A stretch of DNA of 64,000 nucleotides, taken from a virus. Its lineage: Duplodnaviria; Caudoviricetes. Positions 36,183 to 45,790 of the stretch are shown piece by piece (position 1 is the first letter of the stretch; every line of letters begins with the position of its first letter). The DNA lies in the IMG/VR virus record IMGVR_UViG_3300044266_000349, positions 11,149-75,148 of that record; one strand, given 5' to 3'. A program made the position numbers and the translations under genes. Under the pieces are notes generated by a model. The model saw only the letters and a program-made list of their open reading frames with translations, ran no database searches and was not told where the DNA came from.

Positions 36183-37868
36183 ATGGCCGATCCATTAGCA
36201 CAAACGTTTATGATTGACAAAAAGAATTACCCTAATGGGTGTTTCTTGAAGTCGGTAAAAGTATTTTTCAAAACAAAATCCACAGATAACGATGGTGCCG
36301 TTAAATTAAGTATTGTCAATACATTAAACGGATATCCTTCTGGTCAAACATTGGATTATTCCACTGTTACAGTTTATCCTGCCGATATAAAAGTTTCAGA
36401 AACTCCACACTATCTCGATGAAACTACATCTACCACATTTACATTCTCAGCTCCGGTCTATGTCCAAGCTGGAGTCTTATACGCATTTATATTGCAAACA
36501 AATACAAATAAATGTGAAGCTTGGGGTGTAACATTAGGTGATGATGCTCTCAAATCAACCACAAAAAATCTACCAACAGACCCAACACCTAGTGCGAACA
36601 CAATCGTTTCAAGCGCACCATATATTGGCTCGTTGTTCCTATCACAGAATGCTTTGACATGGACCGCTGACCAGAATTCTTGTTTGATGTTTATATTGGA
36701 ACGTTGTGTGTTCAACACTTCGGCCACACCAAATATTCAGTTTGTTGTTCCCAAAAAATTACCAGAAATAACATTGGTTGCGGATGCGATTGATCATTTT
36801 GCAAATGCAAATACATTGACAAGTGCAACACTACCAATTTCAAACAATAAAATAGTGGTGGATGCTTTTAACGTCACCACATCTGATTTTATACCAACAG
36901 GTGGTTCAATCAATTATACTTATAGTTCAACATTAGTTGATGGAACACAAACCGCAGCCACAAATATTACGCCGGGAAAATATGGAACGGCAATGAATCA
37001 AGATATTTTATTGGCAGATGGTAAAGGATCGCGTATTTTAGATCCAAATACGCACGTTTCATTCTCGTTGTATGCACAAATGTCTACAGCAGATGATGCA
37101 ATCAGCCCTATGGTATCCGACTCTGCACTTTCAACATATGCAATTCGTAATATCATCAATGATTGTGAAATGTCAAATGGAGTTATTACATTAGTTTCTG
37201 GTGGAACCGGATACAATGCAAATACAACATCTGTAACAATCTCTGCGCCTACAGGAACTGGTGGCGTACAGGCCACAGCTAAGGCTAATGTAGTTGGCGG
37301 CGTCGTACAAAGTGTATATGTCACATATGCCGGTTCAGGTTATGTCGAGACCCCAACAATTACGATTACCGATTCAAGTTCGCCTCCTGGATCAGGTGCT
37401 TCTGTCACAGTATTAGGTGAAACATCTAGCCATGGTGGTACTGCTGTGGCCAAGTATGTAACCAAAAAGATATCATTAGATGTTGCAAACGAATCTGGTG
37501 ACTTGAATGTTTACTTGACCGCATACAGACCAGTTGGCACAAATATTCATGTGTACTACAAGATTCAAAACAATAACGACACACAAGTATTTGAAGACGG
37601 CAACTGGCAACTCATGACAATGGTACGCAACACATCCACATTGTTCTCGGCCAATAGATCCGACCTATATGAATATGTGTTTGCACCAGGAACAGGTGGT
37701 GTGGATCAAGGTTATGTCACATACACTAGCACAACAGGTAAAAAATACACTAGTTTCAACCAGTTTGCAATTAAAATTGTCATGAGAACAAATGACAACA
37801 CTCTAGTACCATTCATTAAAGACTTCAGAACTATCGCATTACCAACTAACGTCAACACTTCCGTATAA
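36183..37868 (+). CDS. large virion structural protein (DUF4815-type), C-terminal part as separate gene
   Basis: Starts DPLAQTF..., ends FAIKIVM...PFIKDFRxIAL; own SD GGAG. Confidence 0.75.
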   Translation: MADPLAQTFMIDKKNYPNGCFLKSVKVFFKTKSTDNDGAVKLSIVNTLNGYPSGQTLDYSTVTVYPADIKVSETPHYLDETTSTTFTFSAPVYVQAGVLYAFILQTNTNKCEAWGVTLGDDALKSTTKNLPTDPTPSANTIVSSAPYIGSLFLSQNALTWTADQNSCLMFILERCVFNTSATPNIQFVVPKKLPEITLVADAIDHFANANTLTSATLPISNNKIVVDAFNVTTSDFIPTGGSINYTYSSTLVDGTQTAATNITPGKYGTAMNQDILLADGKGSRILDPNTHVSFSLYAQMSTADDAISPMVSDSALSTYAIRNIINDCEMSNGVITLVSGGTGYNANTTSVTISAPTGTGGVQATAKANVVGGVVQSVYVTYAGSGYVETPTITITDSSSPPGSGASVTVLGETSSHGGTAVAKYVTKKISLDVANESGDLNVYLTAYRPVGTNIHVYYKIQNNNDTQVFEDGNWQLMTMVRNTSTLFSANRSDLYEYVFAPGTGGVDQGYVTYTSTTGKKYTSFNQFAIKIVMRTNDNTLVPFIKDFRTIALPTNVNTSV

Positions 37869-37870
37869 TC

Positions 37871-38101
37871 ATGGCTATCGTACAGATTCCAGGAACAAAT
37901 TTATATAGAGACACTAACTCCATGGCTCTTATTAATAAGGATAAAACTGGTCAAGAAGATTATAAAATGAAGAGAAGATTGTTGGAGACTCAGGCACAAG
38001 AAATAAATAAAGTAAAATCGGAAATAAATGACATCAAACAAGACTTATCCGAAATAAAGTCTTTGATGTTAAGACTACTTGACAAGGGTTCAAATGGCTA
38101 A
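37871..38101 (+). CDS. small coiled-coil protein typical after the DUF4815 gene
   Basis: LYRDxNSxAxINxD, C-terminal heptads. Confidence 0.7.
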   Translation: MAIVQIPGTNLYRDTNSMALINKDKTGQEDYKMKRRLLETQAQEINKVKSEINDIKQDLSEIKSLMLRLLDKGSNG

Positions 38102-41100
38102 TACAGTACCAATTCTTAGTTACGCCAACACGTTTAGTGATTGGTTCGTTACAACCAATGCGTTGTCACAAGAGAATAATATCCTTGGTAAAGGCGATTA
38201 CACCAAGGATTCTGGTACTTTGTACCTAAGTGAGACAACACAAAACGCATTACAAGCCAATGGTAATATTGTCGTACAAAAACAACTTCTTGTTCAAGGC
38301 CTAGGATCTTCTGCAACCATTCAAAATAACCTGACCGTTGGTGGTCAAGTATATTTTACAAATAATACATTAAGTCTTGTTGCTTCCGGTCAAGCTAACG
38401 TTTCTGGTCCAATTTATGCCCTGTCACCAAATACAGGTTTAATTGTTGCAAACAACGCAACAATTTCTGGCAATCTTGTAACTGTTGGTTCTGGTGTATT
38501 TTCAAGTAATGTTTCTGTTGGCACATGGATGAATGTTGGTGCAAACTCCGTATTTACGGGACCTATGGTTGCGTCACAATCAGTAACTACACCAAATCTA
38601 ATCGCATCAGCAATCAGTTCCACTGGCACTGCAACAGTCGATAAAGTTCAAGCCAATACAAGTATAACTTCTGGAACAATCAACGCAAATACAGTTCTTA
38701 ATGCAGCAAATGTGGTCGCTGGAACCATAAGTTCTGGTGGTACCGCAACAGTCAATCGTTTAGAAGCTAATTCTAGTTTGCAAACAGCAGTTCTGGTTTC
38801 AAATACGAGTGTACAAACATCCATATTTGTTGCAAACAATAGTGTTACCACAAATACCGTTACTGCGAACACATTAATTAGTGCACCAAACGTAATTGCT
38901 GGTGCCATTAGTTCTTCTGGTACAGCCACGGTTAATAATCTACAAGCTAATACCTCGGTATCGACCGGCACAATTACAGCCAATACACTCATCAGTTCTC
39001 CAAATGTTATTGCTACTGCAATTAGTGGCTCTAGTGTGGATTATAGTTTAATTACAGCCAACACTAGAGTTTCTACAGCCAATTTAATTGCTGGTGCCAT
39101 CAGTTCTTCTGGTACAGCCACGGTTAATAATTTACAATCTAATACCTCGGTATTGACTGCCACAATTACCGCAAACACTTTAATTACTTCTCCAAATGTT
39201 ATTGCTACTACAATTAGTGGCTCTAGTGTAGATTATAGTTTAATTACAGCCAACACATTAGTCACCACAACCAATTTAATTGCTGGTGCCATCAGTTCTT
39301 CTGGTACAGCCACGGTTAATAGAGTGCAAGCAAATTCAAGTATTCAAACCGCAGTTTTGGTTTCTAATACAAGTATACAAACAGCTGCACTAATTGCAAA
39401 CAATAGCGTTTTGGCCAATACACTAACAGCCAATACACTAATCAGTGCGCCAAATATTACTACAACAGTAATCAGTTCTAGTGGTGCGGCCACATTCAAC
39501 AGTGTGCAGTCGAACACATCCGTACTCACAGGCACACTTCAATCTAATACATCCGTATTGACGGGTGTTTTAACTGCCAATACATCCGTACTCACAGGTA
39601 CATTACAGTCAAATACTTCTGTATTGACTGGTACTGTAACCGCCAACACATTAGTCACCACAGCCAACTTAATTGCTGGTGCCATTAGTTCTTCTGGTAC
39701 AGTTACAGTTAATAATCTACAAGCTAATACATCCATATCATCACCTAATATTCTTGGCACATCAGCCAGTTGGTCTGGATCATTATTTGCAAATACGATT
39801 CAAGCCAATAGTACCATTAATGTAATTAGTTCTGTACAAAAAGATAATGCGGTAACAGTTAATATTACCACAGCTAATACATCTAATGCTACTGGTCAAG
39901 TTTCTAGAGCAATATTGAATGTGTCAGGTCCATTAACAAATAGTAATGTATCATATGCTACAGTAACTATTCTAGCCAATCAAGCTTCATTAATTGTTTC
40001 GAATGGTACCAATACATTAACATTAACGCCAACATTAGCTTCATCAGATAAGTTACAAGCTAACACCAGTGTATTAACTGGTACGTTGACCGCAAATACA
40101 CTAGTCACCGCACCAAATCTGGTGGCTACTGCCATCAGTTCTAGTGGTACAGCCACAGTCGATAAGTTACAAGCTAACACTAGTGTATTAACGGGCACGA
40201 TTCAATCCAACACCAGCATATTAACTGGTACAATAACTGCCAATACTCTGATCACTTCGCCCAATTTCACCGGCACATCAGCTAGTTGGTCTGGATCATT
40301 ATTTGCAAACACTGTACAATCAAACAGTACCATTAACGTAATTAGTTCTACACAAAAAGATAATGCCGTAACAATTAATATCACTTCATCGAACGTTGCC
40401 TATCCGGGGTTAACTGGTGGAGTATCGAATACTGGTTTGGTTTCCAGATCAGTTCTAAACATAACAGGCCCATTAACTAATGCTAACGTATCATATTCTA
40501 CAGTAACAGTGCAAGCTAATATAGCTTCTGTTATCGTGTCGAACGGTACCAACACATTAACATTAACACCAACAAATGTACTCACTGATACAGTTCAATC
40601 GAATACCAGTGTATTAACTGGTACAATAACTGCTAATACGAGTGTATTAACTGGAACAATTCAGTCAAATACCAGTGTATTAACTGGTACAATAACTGCT
40701 AATACATTAGTAACGACACCCAATTTAATTGCTGGTGTTATTAGTTCTAGTGGTACAGCTACAGTTGATAAGTTACAAGCTAACACCAGTGTATTAACTG
40801 GTACAATAACTGCAAATACATTTAATGCGAATAGTACAATCAATGTTATTGGTTCGACACAAGCCTATAATACTGTAACAATTAATATCACAACCGCAAA
40901 CACTCAATTCCCTAGCCCTGTTGGCGGTGGTAATACAGGTTTAGTTTCCAGAGCATTCTTAAATCTAATTGGACCATTAACTGGCGGCAATACTTCTATT
41001 GCAACATTTACGGTACAGGCAAATCAGGCATCAATCGTTGTTTCAAATACAACAAGCACATTAACATTAACACCAACAGCAATGACTGGAAGTGCTGTTG

Positions 41101-41759
41101 ATGCAACACTGAAATCCCTGGTTACATCGGGTTCAGTACAAGTTGGTGGCAATTTCATTCTTACTGGTACTACAATTTATGCAACCAACACATTCACACT
41201 GAATGCTGGTGCGGCAGCCAATTCGAATAACTTCTTTAGTGTTGATCGCACAAATTCACCCGGCGCATCTAATGCATCTATCCGTTGGAATGAAACAGAT
41301 AAATATTGGGACATTAAAGATGTGACTTTGGGTGGTTCAAATTCATATTATAGAATTATTACCGACCAAAGTGGTACACCAGGAACTGCTGTTACATTAA
41401 AAGGTTATATTCAGGCGAATGGTTTTGTTTCAACACAAAATACAGTTACGACAGTTGGTGGTGCAAATACAAATGTTTATTTGAATTTGGCTCTGTATGA
41501 TAATTTTACAATTTCACCAACATCAAATATGACTTTTATTTTGCAAAACGTAGGTTCAAAAATTGGTAGTTCTGGAGTTATCACAATTAAACAAGACGCT
41601 AGTGGTGGTAGATTCTTTACGAAGGCCACCGAAATGAAGACCCCTTTGGGTGGTGCAACTATCACACAAATTACTACAGGTAATAGCTTGTCGATGTTAT
41701 CTTATTTTGTATACGATACTAATACCGTTCTAATAAATTATATTGGTAACTTTGCATGA
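38094..41759 (+). CDS. tail-fibre-like protein with extensive (A/S)NT-S-V beta repeats
   Basis: ATG 38094; late motif AATAAATA at 38002; repetitive Thr/Asn/Ser/Val shaft. Confidence 0.75.
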   Translation: MANTVPILSYANTFSDWFVTTNALSQENNILGKGDYTKDSGTLYLSETTQNALQANGNIVVQKQLLVQGLGSSATIQNNLTVGGQVYFTNNTLSLVASGQANVSGPIYALSPNTGLIVANNATISGNLVTVGSGVFSSNVSVGTWMNVGANSVFTGPMVASQSVTTPNLIASAISSTGTATVDKVQANTSITSGTINANTVLNAANVVAGTISSGGTATVNRLEANSSLQTAVLVSNTSVQTSIFVANNSVTTNTVTANTLISAPNVIAGAISSSGTATVNNLQANTSVSTGTITANTLISSPNVIATAISGSSVDYSLITANTRVSTANLIAGAISSSGTATVNNLQSNTSVLTATITANTLITSPNVIATTISGSSVDYSLITANTLVTTTNLIAGAISSSGTATVNRVQANSSIQTAVLVSNTSIQTAALIANNSVLANTLTANTLISAPNITTTVISSSGAATFNSVQSNTSVLTGTLQSNTSVLTGVLTANTSVLTGTLQSNTSVLTGTVTANTLVTTANLIAGAISSSGTVTVNNLQANTSISSPNILGTSASWSGSLFANTIQANSTINVISSVQKDNAVTVNITTANTSNATGQVSRAILNVSGPLTNSNVSYATVTILANQASLIVSNGTNTLTLTPTLASSDKLQANTSVLTGTLTANTLVTAPNLVATAISSSGTATVDKLQANTSVLTGTIQSNTSILTGTITANTLITSPNFTGTSASWSGSLFANTVQSNSTINVISSTQKDNAVTINITSSNVAYPGLTGGVSNTGLVSRSVLNITGPLTNANVSYSTVTVQANIASVIVSNGTNTLTLTPTNVLTDTVQSNTSVLTGTITANTSVLTGTIQSNTSVLTGTITANTLVTTPNLIAGVISSSGTATVDKLQANTSVLTGTITANTFNANSTINVIGSTQAYNTVTINITTANTQFPSPVGGGNTGLVSRAFLNLIGPLTGGNTSIATFTVQANQASIVVSNTTSTLTLTPTAMTGSAVDATLKSLVTSGSVQVGGNFILTGTTIYATNTFTLNAGAAANSNNFFSVDRTNSPGASNASIRWNETDKYWDIKDVTLGGSNSYYRIITDQSGTPGTAVTLKGYIQANGFVSTQNTVTTVGGANTNVYLNLALYDNFTISPTSNMTFILQNVGSKIGSSGVITIKQDASGGRFFTKATEMKTPLGGATITQITTGNSLSMLSYFVYDTNTVLINYIGNFA
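38898..39330 (+). repeat. tandem ~192-bp (64-codon) repeats inside fibre gene
   Basis: GCTGGTGCCAT... unit starts at 38898, 39090 and 39282. Confidence 0.8.
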
Positions 41760-44365
41760 TCAACGCTGGGTTTTTTGGTGTCTTTGATTGGAGTACAGAT
41801 GTAACCACATCGCGGACAACCACTACTGTATGGAATACAAGTAGAAGTACCACAACCACTTGGAACACTAGTCAATCCACAACCACAACCTGGTCAACTA
41901 GCCAATCTACCAGTCAAAGTACAACTCCATCTGGAAGCACTAGTCAGTCCACAACTCAATCTACAAATACTACTTGGAACACTAGTCAATCCACAACCAC
42001 GACCTGGTCAACTAGTCAATCTACTAGCCAAAGCACTACTACAACCTGGTCAACTAGCCAATCTACTAGTCAAAGTACAACAACTAGTTGGAATACAAGC
42101 CAAAGCACTACTACAACGTGGAGTACAAGTCTGTCCACTAGTATGAGTACATTAACAACTTGGACCACAAGTCAATCAACAACAAAATCTACAATTACAT
42201 CGTGGAATACTAGTAGAAGTACAAGTCAAAGTACAATTACTTCCTGGGTCACCAGCCAAAGCACCACCACAACTTGGACCACTAGCCAATCTACTAGTCA
42301 AAGCACAACCACAACCTGGTCAACTAGTCAATCCACCAGCCAAAGTACAACAACTAGTTGGAATACAAGCCAAAGCACCACCACAACTTGGACCACTAGC
42401 CAATCTACTAGTCAAAGCACAACCACAACCTGGTCAACTAGTCAATCCACCAGCCAAAGTACAACAACTAGTTGGAATACAAGCCAAAGCACTACTACAA
42501 CCTGGTCAACTAGTCAATCCACCAGCCAAAGTACAACAACTAGTTGGAATACAAGCCAAAGTACAAACCAGAACACCACAACTTCATGGAATACTAGTAG
42601 ATCAACGACAGTTTCAACATCAAGTAGTTGGAGTACAACTCAAAGTACGACTACAAATTGGAATACAAGCCAATCTACTAACCAAAGTACCACAACTAGT
42701 TGGAATACCAGCCGTTCTACATCAACAACAGCGACAACAAGTAGAAGTACCAGCCAAAGTACCACCACAACTTGGACCACAAGTTGGAATACAACAAGAA
42801 GTACCACAACTAGTTGGAATACCAGCCGTTCTACATCAACAACAGCGACAACAAGTAGAAGTACCAGCCAAAGTACCACCACAACTTGGACCACAAGTTG
42901 GAATACAACTCGTGCAACGACTACTAGTTGGAACACAAGTCAATCCACAACTACAAGTTGGAATACTAGTGTATCGACCAATAGAAGTACAACCACAAAC
43001 TGGACGACCAGTTGGAATACTAGCACACTTATTGTATTAATTACAGAAAGAATAACACAATTTGGTATTGATGTATATTTAACTTCTTACGAAACTTCAT
43101 ATAGTTCGGTTTTTTCAACTAATGTGTCTACTAGTCAGTCCACATCTACAACCTGGACTACCACCTGGTCTACAAGCCAAAGCACTACTACAACTTGGGC
43201 TACCAGTCAGTCCACAACCACAACCTGGTCTACAAGCCAATCCACCACACAAAGCACCACTACAACTTGGACAACTTCTTGGTCGACCTCATCAACCTGG
43301 ACTACCACCTGGTCTACAAGCCAAAGCACCACTACAACCTGGTCTACAAGCCAATCCACCAGTCAATCTACAACCACAACTTGGACAACTTCTTGGTCGA
43401 CCTCATCAACCTGGACTACCACCTGGTCTACAAGCCAAAGCACCACTACTACTTGGACCACCAGTTGGAATACAACAAGAAGTACAGTTACAACTTGGAA
43501 CACTTCAACAACAGCCAATACAACTTGGACTACAACCTGGTCCACCAGCCAAAGCACCACTACTACTTGGACGACCACTTGGTCCACCAGCCAAAGCACC
43601 ACTACAACCTGGACCACAAGTTGGAACACCAGCCAAAGTACCACTACAACCTGGTCCACCAGCCAAAGTACAACCACAACCTGGACCACCAGTTGGGATA
43701 CAACAAAAAGTACAGTTACAACCTGGACTACCAGTTGGAACACAAGTCAAAGCACCACCACAACTTGGACCACTAGCCAAAGCACCATTACAACCTGGAC
43801 CACCAGTTGGAATACAAGTAAAAGCACAACAACTCTTTGGATAACAGGTTGGTCTACAAGTCAAAGTACAACCACAACTTGGACTACCAATCAGTCTACC
43901 GTAACTTCGTGGTCAACAACTTGGGCTACAACACAAGTTACTACAACCACCTGGACCACAAGTTGGAGTACAAATTCTTCAACAACAACTGTATGGATAA
44001 CAACTTGGTCCACCAGCCAAAGTACCACTACAACCTGGTCCACCAGCCAAAGTACCACCACAACTTGGACCACTAGTTGGAATACAACTCAGAGTACCAC
44101 TACAACTTGGACGACTAGCTGGAATACAAGTCAGAGCACAACAACAGTATGGAGTACCAGTCGCTCTACAACTACCACATGGACAACCACATGGACAACT
44201 AGTTTTTCAACATTAACCACATGGACAACTAATTGGTCAACAAGTGCATCAACAACAACAACGTGGTCAACCAGCATTACTACAACTACAACTTGGAATA
44301 CAAGTACAATTACAATCACTTCTTGGACAACACAAAGGATTACAAACTACTACCAAGGATATTAA
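41756..44365 (+). CDS. 869-aa Thr/Ser/Trp repeat protein (mucin-like or beta-solenoid)
   Basis: Open 2.6 kb; ATGA-coupled to fibre gene; units such as STTTTWSTSQ and STTTTWTTSWNTSQ. Confidence 0.8.
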   Translation: MINAGFFGVFDWSTDVTTSRTTTTVWNTSRSTTTTWNTSQSTTTTWSTSQSTSQSTTPSGSTSQSTTQSTNTTWNTSQSTTTTWSTSQSTSQSTTTTWSTSQSTSQSTTTSWNTSQSTTTTWSTSLSTSMSTLTTWTTSQSTTKSTITSWNTSRSTSQSTITSWVTSQSTTTTWTTSQSTSQSTTTTWSTSQSTSQSTTTSWNTSQSTTTTWTTSQSTSQSTTTTWSTSQSTSQSTTTSWNTSQSTTTTWSTSQSTSQSTTTSWNTSQSTNQNTTTSWNTSRSTTVSTSSSWSTTQSTTTNWNTSQSTNQSTTTSWNTSRSTSTTATTSRSTSQSTTTTWTTSWNTTRSTTTSWNTSRSTSTTATTSRSTSQSTTTTWTTSWNTTRATTTSWNTSQSTTTSWNTSVSTNRSTTTNWTTSWNTSTLIVLITERITQFGIDVYLTSYETSYSSVFSTNVSTSQSTSTTWTTTWSTSQSTTTTWATSQSTTTTWSTSQSTTQSTTTTWTTSWSTSSTWTTTWSTSQSTTTTWSTSQSTSQSTTTTWTTSWSTSSTWTTTWSTSQSTTTTWTTSWNTTRSTVTTWNTSTTANTTWTTTWSTSQSTTTTWTTTWSTSQSTTTTWTTSWNTSQSTTTTWSTSQSTTTTWTTSWDTTKSTVTTWTTSWNTSQSTTTTWTTSQSTITTWTTSWNTSKSTTTLWITGWSTSQSTTTTWTTNQSTVTSWSTTWATTQVTTTTWTTSWSTNSSTTTVWITTWSTSQSTTTTWSTSQSTTTTWTTSWNTTQSTTTTWTTSWNTSQSTTTVWSTSRSTTTTWTTTWTTSFSTLTTWTTNWSTSASTTTTWSTSITTTTTWNTSTITITSWTTQRITNYYQGY
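42687..42909 (+). repeat. near-exact 114-bp tandem duplication
   Basis: GTACCACAACTAGTTGGAATACCAGCCGTTCTAC... at 42687 and 42801. Confidence 0.8.
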
Positions 44366-44384
44366 AATATACCATTTTTTTATC

Positions 44385-44413
44385 TTGACATATTGAATAA
44401 AAAATGTTATTTT
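44385..44413 (+). promoter_or_regulatory. sigma70-type promoter inside the late region
   Basis: TTGACA 44385-44390, 17 nt, TG-n-TATTTT extended -10. Confidence 0.5.
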
Positions 44414-44445
44414 ATGGATAATTTTTTGACAAAGGATCATATGAT

Positions 44446-45318
44446 ATGGATATGTTTAATAAAAAATCAATGAATGAACGTATTGGTAATATTGAAAAGA
44501 GTTCTTCATTAAACCACCTCAAGGAAGTAGAAAAATATTTCCTTTCATCGGTAAAAAAATATAAAATTGAAGCAGCTTATGATGTGATTGCAAATGAATT
44601 GCCGTATTTTAAAACTTTTAATTATACGGAATGGGCCCACTCTTTTATTATGCACCCACTGCAACAAGAACTTCGTGTTAGACAAATGGTAGATGCATAT
44701 AATGACGATGCAACCCAAAAAGTGGATTACATATCTTATTTTAAAGATAGGATTATGAATGGCCAATCCAACAAATATACACACATTATTAAAGATGAAA
44801 AAAATAAACCAAGAGAACATTTGGTTGTTTTAGTTGGTTCCAATAAACTTAAAGAAAGAATTTGCCTGAATAAGTTGAGATGGATCCGAGATCAATATGA
44901 GGATGATGTATGGTTTAAACCACATCCTTTGACAACACATGCATTGGTAGGAGAACTAAAGGATCTTTTGGGTGAAAATAGAATACTGCACCGTGATGCC
45001 GACATGTATGAGTTTATGTTGGAATCCAAAATTGTACACAACTCACACTTATCCGAATCTTTGGTGTATGCAATTGCTTTAGATAAAGAAGTTGATCCAA
45101 TTGATGTGTATCAGAAGGCTGAACAAGGTTCGTTTTATCATATCAATAAATTTTTATTCACGGAACAAAATCCAAAGGAATGGGTAAATAGAACACTCAA
45201 TAGCCCAAAATGCGGAATCATTAATCCAGAGGTGGATACCGAGTGGAAAAAGAAAATTGATGATTATCTTGAATACATAAATACCGTTAGAAACAGTTAC
45301 AAAAACAGATACGTTTAA
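44446..45318 (+). CDS. putative glycosyltransferase, KpsS/KpsC (capsule beta-Kdo transferase)-like C-terminal motifs
   Basis: VWFKPHP, then NSHLSESLVYAIALDKEV...FY, resembling the KxHP...NSTxGxEAL..GKxV...FY signature. Confidence 0.55.
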   Translation: MDMFNKKSMNERIGNIEKSSSLNHLKEVEKYFLSSVKKYKIEAAYDVIANELPYFKTFNYTEWAHSFIMHPLQQELRVRQMVDAYNDDATQKVDYISYFKDRIMNGQSNKYTHIIKDEKNKPREHLVVLVGSNKLKERICLNKLRWIRDQYEDDVWFKPHPLTTHALVGELKDLLGENRILHRDADMYEFMLESKIVHNSHLSESLVYAIALDKEVDPIDVYQKAEQGSFYHINKFLFTEQNPKEWVNRTLNSPKCGIINPEVDTEWKKKIDDYLEYINTVRNSYKNRYV

Positions 45319-45399
45319 TCTTTGTTACTACTCCATTGATTCTATTATAATGCCGGTGTGATTTTACAATTATAAAAGTAAGTAACTAAAAACCTTCAA

Positions 45400-45407
45400 A
45401 ATAAATA
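45400..45407 (+). promoter_or_regulatory. late promoter AATAAATA in loop of AACCTTC/GAAGGTT inverted repeat
   Basis: IR arms 45391-45397 and 45410-45416. Confidence 0.55.
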
Positions 45408-45436
45408 AAGAAGGTTCAATTTTTAGGAAACTTATT

Positions 45437-45778
45437 ATGCCGGCAGGATATGTAGACCAATATATAGAACAAGGTACCACTTTCACCAGTGAGCTATCTT
45501 TAAATGATGTGAACGGTAATCCGTATAATCTTAACGGATATACCGTTCGTAGCCAAGCTCGCCGTTCATATTATTCCAGTAATGCATCCATCACGTTTAC
45601 TTCTACCGTATTGGATGCAAATAATGGTATTATAAGGCTGTCGGCTAACTCAGGTATAACTTCAAATGTTAAAGCTGGCAAGCTTGTCTATGATGTTGTT
45701 TTAATTGAAACATCAACCAATAATGTCACCCGCATTCTGGAGGGTCAAATCTTCGTTTCTCCTACTGTGACCAGATAA
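45437..45778 (+). CDS. small Ig-like virion protein common in T4-like fibre clusters
   Basis: IEQGxTF, YDVxL, RILEGQxxVSPxVT. Confidence 0.7.
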   Translation: MPAGYVDQYIEQGTTFTSELSLNDVNGNPYNLNGYTVRSQARRSYYSSNASITFTSTVLDANNGIIRLSANSGITSNVKAGKLVYDVVLIETSTNNVTRILEGQIFVSPTVTR

Positions 45779-45790
45779 TAAAGGCAAGAA

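Noticed and set aside
36156-36183. Intron or sequencing frameshift explaining the split structural gene
   Set aside because: The gap is only 26 nt, contains an SD and a late-like motif, and shows no intron structure.
42640-44319. Val-rich antisense and His/Pro-rich alternate-frame ORFs
   Set aside because: Stop-poor shadows of the ACN/TCN-rich repeat gene.
41756-44365. CRISPR-like array or non-coding satellite
   Set aside because: Repeats are degenerate at third positions and stay in frame for 2.6 kb; there is no constant repeat with unique spacers.
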